Part shown: in pieces, positions 19,272-28,273 of the stretch | How the letters are laid out: the number at the start of each line of letters is the position of its first letter | Numbering within the stretch: the first letter of the stretch is position 1 | Assembly: GCA_043819795.1 (NCBI GenBank) | Contig: JBDREN010000032.1 | Span: forward strand, 1-42,926 | Length of the DNA: 42,926 nt | Direction of reading: 5' to 3' | Source: Elusimicrobiota bacterium | GTDB lineage: Bacteria > Elusimicrobiota > Elusimicrobia > UBA1565 | Notes under the pieces: model-generated | What the model saw: the letters and a program-made list of their open reading frames with translations, nothing else | What the model was told of the DNA's origin: nothing | Database searches by the model: none | Translations under genes and position numbers: made by a program

Positions 19272-19329
19272 AGTCTAACGGGAGGACACCGCCAAAGTCA
19301 AGGCGTGTCCGCGACCGATTTTCTATACT
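19272..19329. promoter_or_regulatory. Divergent promoters yielding probable leaderless mRNAs
   Basis: Minus strand: TTGACT-18 nt-TAGACT-7 nt-ATG(19264). Plus strand: TATACT(19324-19329)-6 nt-GTG(19336). Neither gene has an SD sequence. Confidence 0.65.
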
Positions 19330-19335
19330 GCATCC

Positions 19336-20319
19336 GTGGAATACCGCGAGATCGGCCGATCGGGGCTCAAGGTCAGCGCGCTGGGCCTGGGCACCATGAA
19401 CTTCGGCTCGGACTGGCACGGCATAGGCGAGGTTGGCGAGAAGACCGCGCGGAGACTTGTGGACATGGCCGCGGAGGCGGGCGTGAACCTCATTGACACG
19501 GCCGACGTCTACGGCTACGGCGCGGCCGAGAAGCTACTGGGCAAGATCCTGAAGGGACGGCGGGACAAGTTCGTCATCGCCACCAAGGTCCTGGGCCACA
19601 TGCGGCCGGGGGACCCTTCCTCCGGCGGGCTCTCCCGCAAGCACATCCAGAAAGGCCTCGACGAGAGCCTCGCTCGGCTCGGGACCGACTACGTGGACCT
19701 CTACATGCCGCACGGTCCGGATCCCAAAGTGCCGCTCGAGGAATCCCTAGAGGCCTTCGACCGCGCGGTCCGGGCCGGCAAGGCGCGGGTCCTGGGCTGC
19801 TCGAACTTCGACGCCGGCGCCTGGCGCTGCTCCTTGTCCTGGGCCCGGGAGCACGAGGCGCCCCGGTTCGAGTTCGATCAGGTCCAGTTCAGCTTGGCGG
19901 CTCCCTGCGCCGGCGTGGACCTGGCCCCGGTGTGCCGGAAGGAAGGGACATCGCTTCTGGCGTGGAGCCCCTTGGGAGGAGGTCTTCTCTCGGGCAAGTA
20001 CATGGGCGGCCGGAGGCGGCCGGCCGGAAGGCGCAAGGAGCCGCGCGACGCGTTTCCCTACTTCCCGGAAAAGAGGCTGGCCGGCATGCTCCGGCTCCTC
20101 GAAAAAGTGGCGCGTTTGGAAGGGGTTTCCATGGCACGGGCGGCTCTCGGCTGGGTCCTCGCGAAGTCATGGGTCTGCGGCGTCATCGTGGGGGCCCGGA
20201 CCCCCCGGCAGCTTGCCGAAAGCATCAAGGCCGGGCCCGTCTCGGGACGCTCCCTGGACCTTCTGGACCGGGGCGCGGCGGTCTTGACGGAGAGGCCGGC
20301 GGCCTCGCGCGGGGCCTGA
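19336..20319 (+). CDS. Aldo/keto reductase
   Basis: SGLKVSALGLGTMNFG, IDTADVYG, IATKV, SLARLGTDYVDLY, WSPLGGGLLSGKY. Confidence 0.95.
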   Translation: MEYREIGRSGLKVSALGLGTMNFGSDWHGIGEVGEKTARRLVDMAAEAGVNLIDTADVYGYGAAEKLLGKILKGRRDKFVIATKVLGHMRPGDPSSGGLSRKHIQKGLDESLARLGTDYVDLYMPHGPDPKVPLEESLEAFDRAVRAGKARVLGCSNFDAGAWRCSLSWAREHEAPRFEFDQVQFSLAAPCAGVDLAPVCRKEGTSLLAWSPLGGGLLSGKYMGGRRRPAGRRKEPRDAFPYFPEKRLAGMLRLLEKVARLEGVSMARAALGWVLAKSWVCGVIVGARTPRQLAESIKAGPVSGRSLDLLDRGAAVLTERPAASRGA

Positions 20320-20417
20320 GCGCCCGGACAAGCCCCGCTGGCCTTTTCGTTGCTTGCCATTATCTGCTATACAGTTAATACCGGCGTACGCACGCGTACG
20401 CGGGCGCGAACTTTTCC

Positions 20418-21248
20418 ATGGCCCTCCACCTGCCCATCAACGCCGACTGCAACCTTCGCTGCGTGTTCTGCTCCGCCGCGGGAAGAAACGGCGACTTCCA
20501 GCTGAGCTCGCTGATCGCGATGATCGACGAGGACCAGACCGGGCACGTGCAGATATCAGGCGGGGACCCCATGCTCAAGGACCCGCTCGAGCTGCTGGAG
20601 ATCCTGCTGCGCTGCCGCAAGAAGAAGAAGCTCATCGAGCTCCAGACCAACGCCCTGCTGGTCCCCGCCTACGACGCCAAGCGGTTCCGGCTGATCGCGG
20701 GGCTGGTGGACTACTTCAACGTCAATCTCTCCGCCCACACGCCGGAGCTCGACGAGGCCGTGACGGGCGCGGCGGGCGGCTTCGAGAAGCGCCTCGACGG
20801 GGTTCGCCGCATGCTCTCGCACGGCGCGCCGGTCCGGCTCACCTACGTCGTCTGCCAGGCCAACTACCGGCACTGCGTGGACTTCGCCGACTTCGTGGCG
20901 TGCGAGCTCAAGGGCGTGGAGTGGATCCAGTTCAGCTTCGTGAAGGGCGTGGGCCGGGCCAGGGGGAGCGCCCGGATCATCCCGCGCTTCCGCGAGGCGG
21001 CGCCGCACCTCAACGAGGCGCTCGCCTTCTGCCGCGACAGCGGGATCCGGTTCGAGGTGGACCACATCCCGGTCTGCTTCGTCCGGGAGTTTGAAGACAA
21101 CCACGTCGACTACCGCAAGATGCTCGCGGAGCAGCCGGGGGCGCATCTCGCCGAGAAGCAGCGGGTCGCCGACTGCGACGGCTGCTCCCTGCGTTTGTGG
21201 TGCCCCGGTCCCCGCAAGGACTACATCGAGCTCTACGGGGAGCTCTGA
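20418..21248 (+). CDS. Radical SAM protein (HxsC-like)
   Basis: CNLRCVFC, ISGGDP, QTNA, DHIPVC; C-terminal CDGCSLRLWCPG. Confidence 0.85.
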   Translation: MALHLPINADCNLRCVFCSAAGRNGDFQLSSLIAMIDEDQTGHVQISGGDPMLKDPLELLEILLRCRKKKKLIELQTNALLVPAYDAKRFRLIAGLVDYFNVNLSAHTPELDEAVTGAAGGFEKRLDGVRRMLSHGAPVRLTYVVCQANYRHCVDFADFVACELKGVEWIQFSFVKGVGRARGSARIIPRFREAAPHLNEALAFCRDSGIRFEVDHIPVCFVREFEDNHVDYRKMLAEQPGAHLAEKQRVADCDGCSLRLWCPGPRKDYIELYGEL

Positions 21249-22522
21249 TGCCGTCCTCCCCCTCGACCGAGACGCTCGACGTCGGGGCTTTGCGCGCCCA
21301 TTACCCGGCCCTCGACAACCGCGTGGACGGCAAGCGCCTCGTCTATCTCGACAGCGCCTGCACCGCGCTCAAGCCCCGCTGCGTGGCCGAGCGTCTGGGG
21401 GAGTTCTACCTGAACTGGGGCGGCTGCGGCGGCAAGCGTTCGACCCACCTGCTCTCGCAGCGCGTCGAGGAGTGGTTCCAGGACGCCCGCCGCGAGACGG
21501 CCGACTTCCTGGGCGCCGAGCGCGCCGAGGAGATCGTTTTCACCTCCGGGACGACCGAGGCGGTCAACCTCGTGGCGCGCGCCTTCCCGTTCGAGGGGGA
21601 CCGCCGCGAGGTGGTGTTGACCGACATGGAGCACAACAGCGTGCTCCTGCCCCTGCTCGAGCTCGAGAAGCGGGGCGAGGCCTCGCTCAAGTTCTGCCCG
21701 GTGAAAGGGGGGCAGCTCGACCTAGAGGCCATGGAGCGCCTCATAACGCGCCGGACCGCCCTGGTGGCCGTGGCGCGCTCCTCCAACGTGCTGGGCGGGC
21801 TGTTTCCCGTCGCGCGGGTCGCGCGCATGGCCCGCTCCCGGGGAGCCCGCATCCTCGTGGACGACGCGCAGTACCTTTCCTCGCACCGGGAGGACGTCCG
21901 GGAGACCGACGCCGACTTCGTGGCCTTCTCCTCGCACAAGCTCGGCGGGCCCTTCGGGGTGGGGGTGCTCTACGGCAAGGAGAACCTTCTCAACCGCCTG
22001 GGCGTCTATAAGGTCGGGGGCGGGACGGTGAAGGACGTGTCGTGGAACGGCTCCGGGGCGGAGGCCGTCTATTTGGACGCGCCCATGCGCTTCGAGGCCG
22101 GCGTCCAGGACCTGGCGGGCGTGGCGGCTTTCGGGGACGCTCTGCGTTTTTTCAGGGCGATCCCGGAACGGGCCTTGCGGGCCCACATCGCGGGCCTGGT
22201 GCGCCGGACCGCGGAGGGCGTCGCGCGCTTCGAGGAGGTAGGGCTCCTCGGAGAGATCGAGGACCTGGAGCGGGGCTCGATCGTCTCGTTCGCGCCGAGG
22301 CATCCGGGCTTCTCGATCGCCGATTTCAACCTCTACCTCAACCACGAGCTCGACGGCCGCTTCATCGCCGTGCGGGCGGGCGAGCACTGCGCGCATCTGC
22401 TGCACCACAAGCTGGGCGTCCCCGGCACGGTCCGGGTCTCGTTCTTCGCCTACAACACGTTGGAGGAGGCGGACTTGTTCCTGGACGCGCTGGGGGGCTA
22501 CATCCGGGAGGCGTGCCGGTGA
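21248..22522 (+). CDS. PLP-dependent cysteine desulfurase, SufS-like (class V aminotransferase)
   Basis: YLDSACTALKP, FTSGTTEAVN, MEHNS, DDAQ, SSHK (PLP Lys), RAGEHCA (SufS-type catalytic Cys), RVSFFAYNT; TGATG overlap with the upstream gene. Confidence 0.9.
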   Translation: MPSSPSTETLDVGALRAHYPALDNRVDGKRLVYLDSACTALKPRCVAERLGEFYLNWGGCGGKRSTHLLSQRVEEWFQDARRETADFLGAERAEEIVFTSGTTEAVNLVARAFPFEGDRREVVLTDMEHNSVLLPLLELEKRGEASLKFCPVKGGQLDLEAMERLITRRTALVAVARSSNVLGGLFPVARVARMARSRGARILVDDAQYLSSHREDVRETDADFVAFSSHKLGGPFGVGVLYGKENLLNRLGVYKVGGGTVKDVSWNGSGAEAVYLDAPMRFEAGVQDLAGVAAFGDALRFFRAIPERALRAHIAGLVRRTAEGVARFEEVGLLGEIEDLERGSIVSFAPRHPGFSIADFNLYLNHELDGRFIAVRAGEHCAHLLHHKLGVPGTVRVSFFAYNTLEEADLFLDALGGYIREACR

Positions 22523-23817
22523 AGCGGGACGGCGCCCTCGACCGGGAGGGGGGGGCGGGCGCGCCCGCCGAAGACGCGGCCGCCGAGCGCAGCGGCCGCG
22601 AGGCCTTCGACGAGCCGAAGTGCTTCGACATCCTGCTCCACTACGCCTGCCAGGCCAAGTGCCTGTTCTGCTCGCAGGACTTCGGCTGGCGCGAGGAGCC
22701 CAACCTCATGCCATTCCGGGCGGCGGCGGAGAAGATCTTCTGGGCCCACCAGCACGGCTTCCGGCGTCTGGGCTTCACGGGCGGCGAGCCCACGCTGCGC
22801 AAGGACCTGGCCAAGCTCCTCGTCCTCGCGCGCAAGGTGGGCTTCACGTACACCCGCATCCAGACCAACGGGGTCCGGCTCGCGGACCCGGACTACGCCG
22901 GCGCGCTCGCGGACGCGGGTCTCACCTTCGTCAAGCTCTCGGTCCACGGCCACGACGCCGAGACCCACGACGGCCTGGCGGGGATGCCAGGCTCCTTCGA
23001 CGCCTGCCTGAAGGCTATCGAGAACCTCAAGAGGCTCAAGATCGGGGTCGGCGTCAACATCGTCCTCAATAAGCGCAATTATCAACGCCTGGTCGAGTTC
23101 TACGAGCTGTTCTTGCTCAAGCTGCGCCTGTCGAACTTCGTCATCATCGCGCCGCTCTACGAGGGGAACATGACGCGGAACGTCGCCGGGATGGGCGCGC
23201 GGCTGACGGACATGGCGTCCCACATCAGGCGCGCCTACGAGGTGTTCGAGAGGATCGACTTCCCGAAGCCGCCGCTCCTGCTGCATTTCACCCCGTGCGT
23301 CCTTCCCGGCTACGAGCAGCAGATGCTCGGCTGGTCGTCCTTCAACACCATGGTCGTCAATCCCGACGGGGAGCAGAAGGACCTCGACGAGACGATGACG
23401 CAGCACACGGTCAAGACCAAGGCCTGCCGGGCGTGCGTGTACAACGACCGCTGCATCGGGCTCGACAGGAGCTACGCCGAGCGCTTCGGCACCGGCGAGC
23501 TCTCGCCGCTCAAGGCGGTCCCGGAGCGCTACGGCCGGGCGCGGCGGGGCGAGGGGCCGCACGAGGGGCGGCCGGTGCTGACCGACAACGAGACCTGCGC
23601 GATCGAAGTGCTCAAGCACAAGAGCGGCGTGAGCACTTCGGAGTTCCTGAGGATCGCCGAGCGCTTCCCAATCTGCAAGGACTGCGGCGACGAGAACGCG
23701 GTGATCAACGCGGCGGAGACTTTGATCAAGATGGGGCTGGTGAAACGGCGGTTCCAAAAGGGGAAGTACGTATGGTCGCTGCAAGAGGCGGCGCTGCGGG
23801 CGAGCGTCTTCAGCTAA
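22519..23817 (+). CDS. Radical SAM protein (HxsC-like) with extra C-terminal domain
   Basis: CQAKCLFC, FTGGEPT, IQTNG, FTPC, CRACVYNDRCIG; C-terminal extension with ICKDC and a helix-wing-like end; GTGA overlap. Confidence 0.88.
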   Translation: MKRDGALDREGGAGAPAEDAAAERSGREAFDEPKCFDILLHYACQAKCLFCSQDFGWREEPNLMPFRAAAEKIFWAHQHGFRRLGFTGGEPTLRKDLAKLLVLARKVGFTYTRIQTNGVRLADPDYAGALADAGLTFVKLSVHGHDAETHDGLAGMPGSFDACLKAIENLKRLKIGVGVNIVLNKRNYQRLVEFYELFLLKLRLSNFVIIAPLYEGNMTRNVAGMGARLTDMASHIRRAYEVFERIDFPKPPLLLHFTPCVLPGYEQQMLGWSSFNTMVVNPDGEQKDLDETMTQHTVKTKACRACVYNDRCIGLDRSYAERFGTGELSPLKAVPERYGRARRGEGPHEGRPVLTDNETCAIEVLKHKSGVSTSEFLRIAERFPICKDCGDENAVINAAETLIKMGLVKRRFQKGKYVWSLQEAALRASVFS

Positions 23818-24005
23818 GCCTCCGGGGCGGCACGAGCCTCTGGCTCGCCGGCGGGGGAGGCATCTTCGGCCTGCCCGCCGAGGTCGTCGAGAAGGGCCGG
23901 CCGGAGCTCTCGGGAGCGGGCATCGCGGAGGGCCTGGACGAGACGCGCCGCGCGCTCGACAAGCTGGCGGACTACGAGATCGATATGGAGGCGCTGTGCG
24001 CGTGA
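23772..24005 (+). CDS. Small hypothetical protein (77 aa)
   Basis: Fills the 23817-24002 gap; protein-like composition (…GLDETRRALDKLADYEIDMEALCA); TGA overlaps the next GTG; start uncertain. Confidence 0.45.
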   Translation: MVAARGGAAGERLQLSLRGGTSLWLAGGGGIFGLPAEVVEKGRPELSGAGIAEGLDETRRALDKLADYEIDMEALCA

Positions 24006-25021
24006 ATGCGGGCCCCGGGTCGAAGCGCCGGGAGAGGGAGGCCCCCCGAGGGAGGATACAGAAGCTGGTCATCTTCACCGGCTTCTCGTGCAACAACCGA
24101 TGCCGCTTCTGCATCGACATGCACAAGCGCGACATCCCCGACAAGACGACCCAGCGGATCGTGCGCGAGATGGCCGACGCCAAGTCCCAGGGCGTCGAGT
24201 ACCTCGAGATGATCGGCGGGGAGACGACTATCCGCGGCGACTTCCTGCCCCTGGTCCGCACGGCCCGGAAGCTCGGCTTCGAGCGCGTCGTCGTGGCGAC
24301 CAACGGGCGGATGTTCTCGTATCCCGAGTTCGCGAAGCGGACCCTGGATGCCGGCGTGACCGACCTGATCTTCTCGATTCACGGCCACGACGCACGGCTG
24401 CACGAGGCCATGACTTCCGTGCCGGGGAGCTTCGCGGAGCTTCTCAAGGGAGTCGAGAACCTGCGGGCTCTCGGCTTCAAGCGTATCAACGCGAACTGCA
24501 CGGTGGTCAAGCCCAACATGGGGAGCCTGCCCGACATCGGGAGGCTGCTTCTGAGGCTCGGGATCCGCAACGCCGAGCTCATCTTCGTGGACCCCAACAT
24601 CGGGGGGGCCAACTCGGACTTCGGCGGGCTCGTCCCGCGAATCTCTGAGGCCGCGCCCTTCATGCGCGAGACGCTCGACGTCGGCCGCGCGGGCGGCACT
24701 CGCCACTGGACCGCGCGGTACGTGCCGTTGTGCCGCTTCGCGGGTTACCTGGATCAGATTTCGGAGATCCGCGAGGTTTCCGTATTCCATACGCGCCATT
24801 GGGCGCCGGATTTCAAGAACGAGGACGTGTCCGCCTCGCGGGCCTCCGCCGGAAGGATGAAGACGGAGCGCTGCGCCGGGTGCGCGCTCCACGGGGCCTG
24901 CGAGGGGCTCTGGAAGGAGTACCTCGATCGCTACGGCGACGCGGAGCTCGTCCCGGTCGAGGGGCCGGTTGAGATCCCGGACTGGCGGAAGCTGCCAGGG
25001 GCTGGAAACAACGACCGATGA
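24002..25021 (+). CDS. Radical SAM protein (HxsC-like)
   Basis: CNNRCRFC, IGGETT, ATNGRMFSY, YVPLC, CAGCALHGACEG; GGAGG RBS. Confidence 0.88.
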   Translation: MNAGPGSKRREREAPRGRIQKLVIFTGFSCNNRCRFCIDMHKRDIPDKTTQRIVREMADAKSQGVEYLEMIGGETTIRGDFLPLVRTARKLGFERVVVATNGRMFSYPEFAKRTLDAGVTDLIFSIHGHDARLHEAMTSVPGSFAELLKGVENLRALGFKRINANCTVVKPNMGSLPDIGRLLLRLGIRNAELIFVDPNIGGANSDFGGLVPRISEAAPFMRETLDVGRAGGTRHWTARYVPLCRFAGYLDQISEIREVSVFHTRHWAPDFKNEDVSASRASAGRMKTERCAGCALHGACEGLWKEYLDRYGDAELVPVEGPVEIPDWRKLPGAGNNDR

Positions 25022-25046
25022 AACGACGATCCGCCCCCGCAACGAT

Positions 25047-25078
25047 GCGCAATCCCTCCCCGCGGGGGAGGGATGCGC
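25047..25078. repeat. Strong GC-rich inverted repeat in an intergenic gap
   Basis: GCGCAATCCCTCCCC-GC-GGGGGAGGGATGCGC near-perfect hairpin. Confidence 0.7.
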
Positions 25079-25099
25079 GCATGGAGGGACGCGGGTAAC

Positions 25100-26065
25100 A
25101 TGCCCGACTTCTCCATCTGGCCTCAGTGCAACATCGGCTGCGTGTTCTGCTCGAACCCCGCCAAGGGGTTCCGGCGGACCACGGACAAGTACTCCTACGC
25201 GGAGATCGCCCGTAAGGTCGAGAAGTACAAGCGGGGGCTCAAGACCTTCGTGAAGTTCGACAGCGTGCGCGACTACTTCAACCTGACCGGCGGCGAGCCG
25301 ACGCTGCACCCGGAGTTCCTGAGGATCGTCGCGCACATCCGCCGCGAGTTCCCGAAGGGCCTCATCCGCGTGCTCTCCAACGGCCGCATGTTCGCCTACG
25401 AGGACTTCGCCCGGCGGACCCTGGGCATCGGCATGTCGCCTTTCGAGGTGGCGGTCCCGGTATTCGGCTACGACGCGAGGACCCACGAGAGCGTCTCTCG
25501 CGCGCCGAAAAGCTTCGAGCAGACGGCCCGGGGGCTCGAGAACCTACGCCGCCACCGCGCGGAGGGCCAGCGGATCGAGCTCCGGATCATCCTGACGAAG
25601 ATCCAGATGCGCTCGCTCGACGGCCTGCTCGACTATGTCCTCGCCGAGCTTTCCTGGGTCGACAGGGTGGTGCTGCTGTTCGTGGAGCTGGAGGGTTTCG
25701 CCGAGCTCTATCGCGGGCAGGTCGCCTTGACGATGAGCGAGTGCGCCGCCCGCCTCGACCGCAATTACGCCAAGCTCCGCCGGCTTCCCCAGGCGCGGCT
25801 CTACCATTTCCCGCTTTGCGTATTGCCGCCGCGGCTGTGGCCCTTCGTCTACAACACGCTGGACTCCTTCAAGGTCACGCACCTGGAGCGCTGCCGCAAG
25901 AGCTGCATGTACCGCGAGGCGTGCGTGGGCGTTCACCGCAGCTACGAGAAGCACATGGGGGCGCCCGACATCCGGCCGCTCACCGAGCCCCAGCCGGTCG
26001 AGCTTTCCGGCAACCGCTACCATCCGGTCTGCGGGGTGAGGATGGAGACCCCGAGCTATGGTTAA
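25100..26065 (+). CDS. Radical SAM protein (HxsC-like)
   Basis: MPDFSIWPQCNIGCVFC, LTGGEPTLHP, LSNGRMF, HESVSRAPKSF, LYHFPLCVLP, CRKSCMYREACVG. Confidence 0.88.
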   Translation: MPDFSIWPQCNIGCVFCSNPAKGFRRTTDKYSYAEIARKVEKYKRGLKTFVKFDSVRDYFNLTGGEPTLHPEFLRIVAHIRREFPKGLIRVLSNGRMFAYEDFARRTLGIGMSPFEVAVPVFGYDARTHESVSRAPKSFEQTARGLENLRRHRAEGQRIELRIILTKIQMRSLDGLLDYVLAELSWVDRVVLLFVELEGFAELYRGQVALTMSECAARLDRNYAKLRRLPQARLYHFPLCVLPPRLWPFVYNTLDSFKVTHLERCRKSCMYREACVGVHRSYEKHMGAPDIRPLTEPQPVELSGNRYHPVCGVRMETPSYG

Positions 26066-26486
26066 GGTGTCCTTGGGCCCCGCGGCCGACCGCGTGGCGG
26101 CCTACGGCGCGGCCCACGCCATGACGCATCGCGCCTACGCGGCGCTCGCGCGCGAGGGCAAGGATACCGTCGTGTGCCTTTGGCCCAAGCCGGGCCGGGG
26201 GGGGCGGCCCGCCATGGACGCGCGCGCCCTCGAGCGCGCCTGCCGGCTCGAGTACGAGAACCAGCTCCACCGGTGGGAGATCGCGCGCAACAACGAGTCG
26301 GTGCGCGCGCAGATCGCGCGCCGCATGCTGGACCTCGCCGGGGGCGTGCGGGGCGAGGGCGGGGTGCGGGTCGTGGAGCGGCTCGCTCCCGAGCAGGAGG
26401 CCGCGATCGAGCGCCTGCTCGAGGAGGCCGGGAAGGGGCCCAAGGACCCGCTCGGCATCGCCACGCCCTGGGGGGGCGCGAAGTGA
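26058..26486 (+). CDS. HxsD-like protein
   Basis: AAHAMTHRAY corresponds to the AAYxLTDRAY motif of 28274 and 31463; C-terminal DPLGIATPW motif. Confidence 0.7.
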   Translation: MVKVSLGPAADRVAAYGAAHAMTHRAYAALAREGKDTVVCLWPKPGRGGRPAMDARALERACRLEYENQLHRWEIARNNESVRAQIARRMLDLAGGVRGEGGVRVVERLAPEQEAAIERLLEEAGKGPKDPLGIATPWGGAK

Positions 26487-26932
26487 GGCCGATGATCGAC
26501 GCCGCCGGCGGAGAGGCGGTCGTCCGTCTTCCGAAGGCGTTCTACGAGAAGGCGAGCCTCAAGGCCGCGGCCGACGCCTTCGTGGGGCGGGCGAAGATCG
26601 GGCTGCTGCAGGGCGAACGGGGCGAGCATCGCGTCCTGCTGCGGCCGTCCCGGAGGAAGCTCTTTGATCGCGCCTTCCGCCGGGATCGAGAAGGCCTGCT
26701 CGCCCTGGCCGGCGAGTTCATCAACGAGGCGCTCAGCCACCAGCTCCGCCAGGAAGTGATCCGCTTCAACAACGGCCTGACCGCGCCGGTGCTGGGCCGG
26801 CTTTACGAGAAGGGCTTTCTCTGCGTACCGTGGGACCCGCTCGAGGAGATGGACCGGGGCCTGGCCGGGCGGCGCGGTGCCGAGACCGAGGCGCTCATCG
26901 AAGAGGCCATCCGCATGGGGCGCCGCCGATGA
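26483..26932 (+). CDS. HxsD-like protein
   Basis: LPKAFYEKASLKAAADAF...LAGEFINEALSHQLRQ, matching the EF.NE.L...LR helix of HxsD; GTGA overlap. Confidence 0.7.
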   Translation: MRPMIDAAGGEAVVRLPKAFYEKASLKAAADAFVGRAKIGLLQGERGEHRVLLRPSRRKLFDRAFRRDREGLLALAGEFINEALSHQLRQEVIRFNNGLTAPVLGRLYEKGFLCVPWDPLEEMDRGLAGRRGAETEALIEEAIRMGRRR

Positions 26933-28272
26933 GCTCCAAGCTGACCTGCCTCAAGGAGCTGCCGAAGCTCGACCGCCGCAGCGTCGGCCCGCACCGCTAC
27001 CGTGCGCTCGGCGACAAGGTCCTTGTGACCGGCGATGCCGGGCACTACGCGTTCCTCTCTCCCGGGGAGTACCGCGCGTACCTGCGCGGGATGGACGAGG
27101 GGCATCCGCGCTTCGAGGAGCTGCGCCTCAAGGGCTTTATACGCCACTACATGGAGTTCGACCTCATCGCTTCGGAGGCGCTCGAATCGAGCCTGCTGAG
27201 CTGGGAGGGAGCGAAGAACCACGTGGTCTTCCTGGAGCGGGGCGGGGTCCGCATGGACCCCGATACGGCTCGCGAGGCCGTGGACTTTATCTTCACCGTG
27301 CCCGGCCCGGTGGTGCAGATCGAGATGGTCGCCGGGGACGTCGACGCCTGCTGGCCCGCGGTCTGGCTGCTGGTCCGTTACGCGCGGCGCCGGGCCGAAT
27401 GGAACTCCCGGCTCCTGCGGCTCTGGCTGCGGACCGGGCCCGAGGGTCCGGAGCCGAAGAAGCTCAAGTTCCTCCTCGATCATTCGGTCGGCCTCCGCGT
27501 GGCGTTCGACGGCGCCGCCGGGCCGGGGCGCAAGCCGGCGTGGCGGCGCAAGGTCTCGGAGGCCAGAAGACGCGCGGAGGACATGCCCATGCCTCGCGCG
27601 CTCCTGCGCGTGGCGGCGCGGACGACGCGCCCCCGCGCCTGGGTGGAGCACTGGAAGAGCCTGGGCTGCGGCTCGGTGCGCCTGGCGCCCTCGCCGGAGC
27701 TTCTCGACGAGGGGCGCCTGGAGCCTTTCCTGGATTTCTACGCGCGCGCGCTCGACCGCATGATCGCCGAGCCCGAGCCGGCCCTCCGCGAGGAGTGGGC
27801 CGCGGCGTTCCTGCGCCGCGTGCCTCCCGAGGCTCACCTGCCGCGCGAGGAGCGCGGCGGCCCGCTTCCGGGGCACGACGTGGTCGGCGAGCTGGCGTAC
27901 AGCCCGGAGGGGGGCATCTTCACCAATTCCAACGGGCTCGATCTCGCGCGCAAGGATATGCCGGTCTTCAAGCTCGGCATCGTCGAGAAGACGGCCTACG
28001 AGGAGTTCCCGGACAAGGACCTCGTCCGGCTCAGCCTGGCTGCGCTGGAGGGTGCGCATCAACCGCTCTGCTTCCATTGCGCCTACAAGCCGTACTGCGC
28101 CGTGGCGCCGTCGCAGAACATGCTCGCGCAGGGCTCGTTCTGGGGGCAGATCCCATCGAGCCCGCACTGCGCGGCGCAGATGGGCGTGCTCGACATCCTG
28201 TTCGAGCGGCTCAAGCGCCCCCGGAGCCGGGAGGTCCTTCTGGAATGGACGCATCAATGGAGTTACCTCTGA
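26929..28272 (+). CDS. HxsB paralog lacking the radical SAM CxxxCxxC motif
   Basis: Aligns by eye to HxsB (VTGDAGH, LKGFIR, AVDFIF, LAYSPEGGIFT, CFHCAYKPYC, HC..MGVLDILFERL), but the CxxxCxxC loop is missing and GGE is replaced by AGD. Confidence 0.82.
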   Translation: MSSKLTCLKELPKLDRRSVGPHRYRALGDKVLVTGDAGHYAFLSPGEYRAYLRGMDEGHPRFEELRLKGFIRHYMEFDLIASEALESSLLSWEGAKNHVVFLERGGVRMDPDTAREAVDFIFTVPGPVVQIEMVAGDVDACWPAVWLLVRYARRRAEWNSRLLRLWLRTGPEGPEPKKLKFLLDHSVGLRVAFDGAAGPGRKPAWRRKVSEARRRAEDMPMPRALLRVAARTTRPRAWVEHWKSLGCGSVRLAPSPELLDEGRLEPFLDFYARALDRMIAEPEPALREEWAAAFLRRVPPEAHLPREERGGPLPGHDVVGELAYSPEGGIFTNSNGLDLARKDMPVFKLGIVEKTAYEEFPDKDLVRLSLAALEGAHQPLCFHCAYKPYCAVAPSQNMLAQGSFWGQIPSSPHCAAQMGVLDILFERLKRPRSREVLLEWTHQWSYL

Positions 28273-28273
28273 G

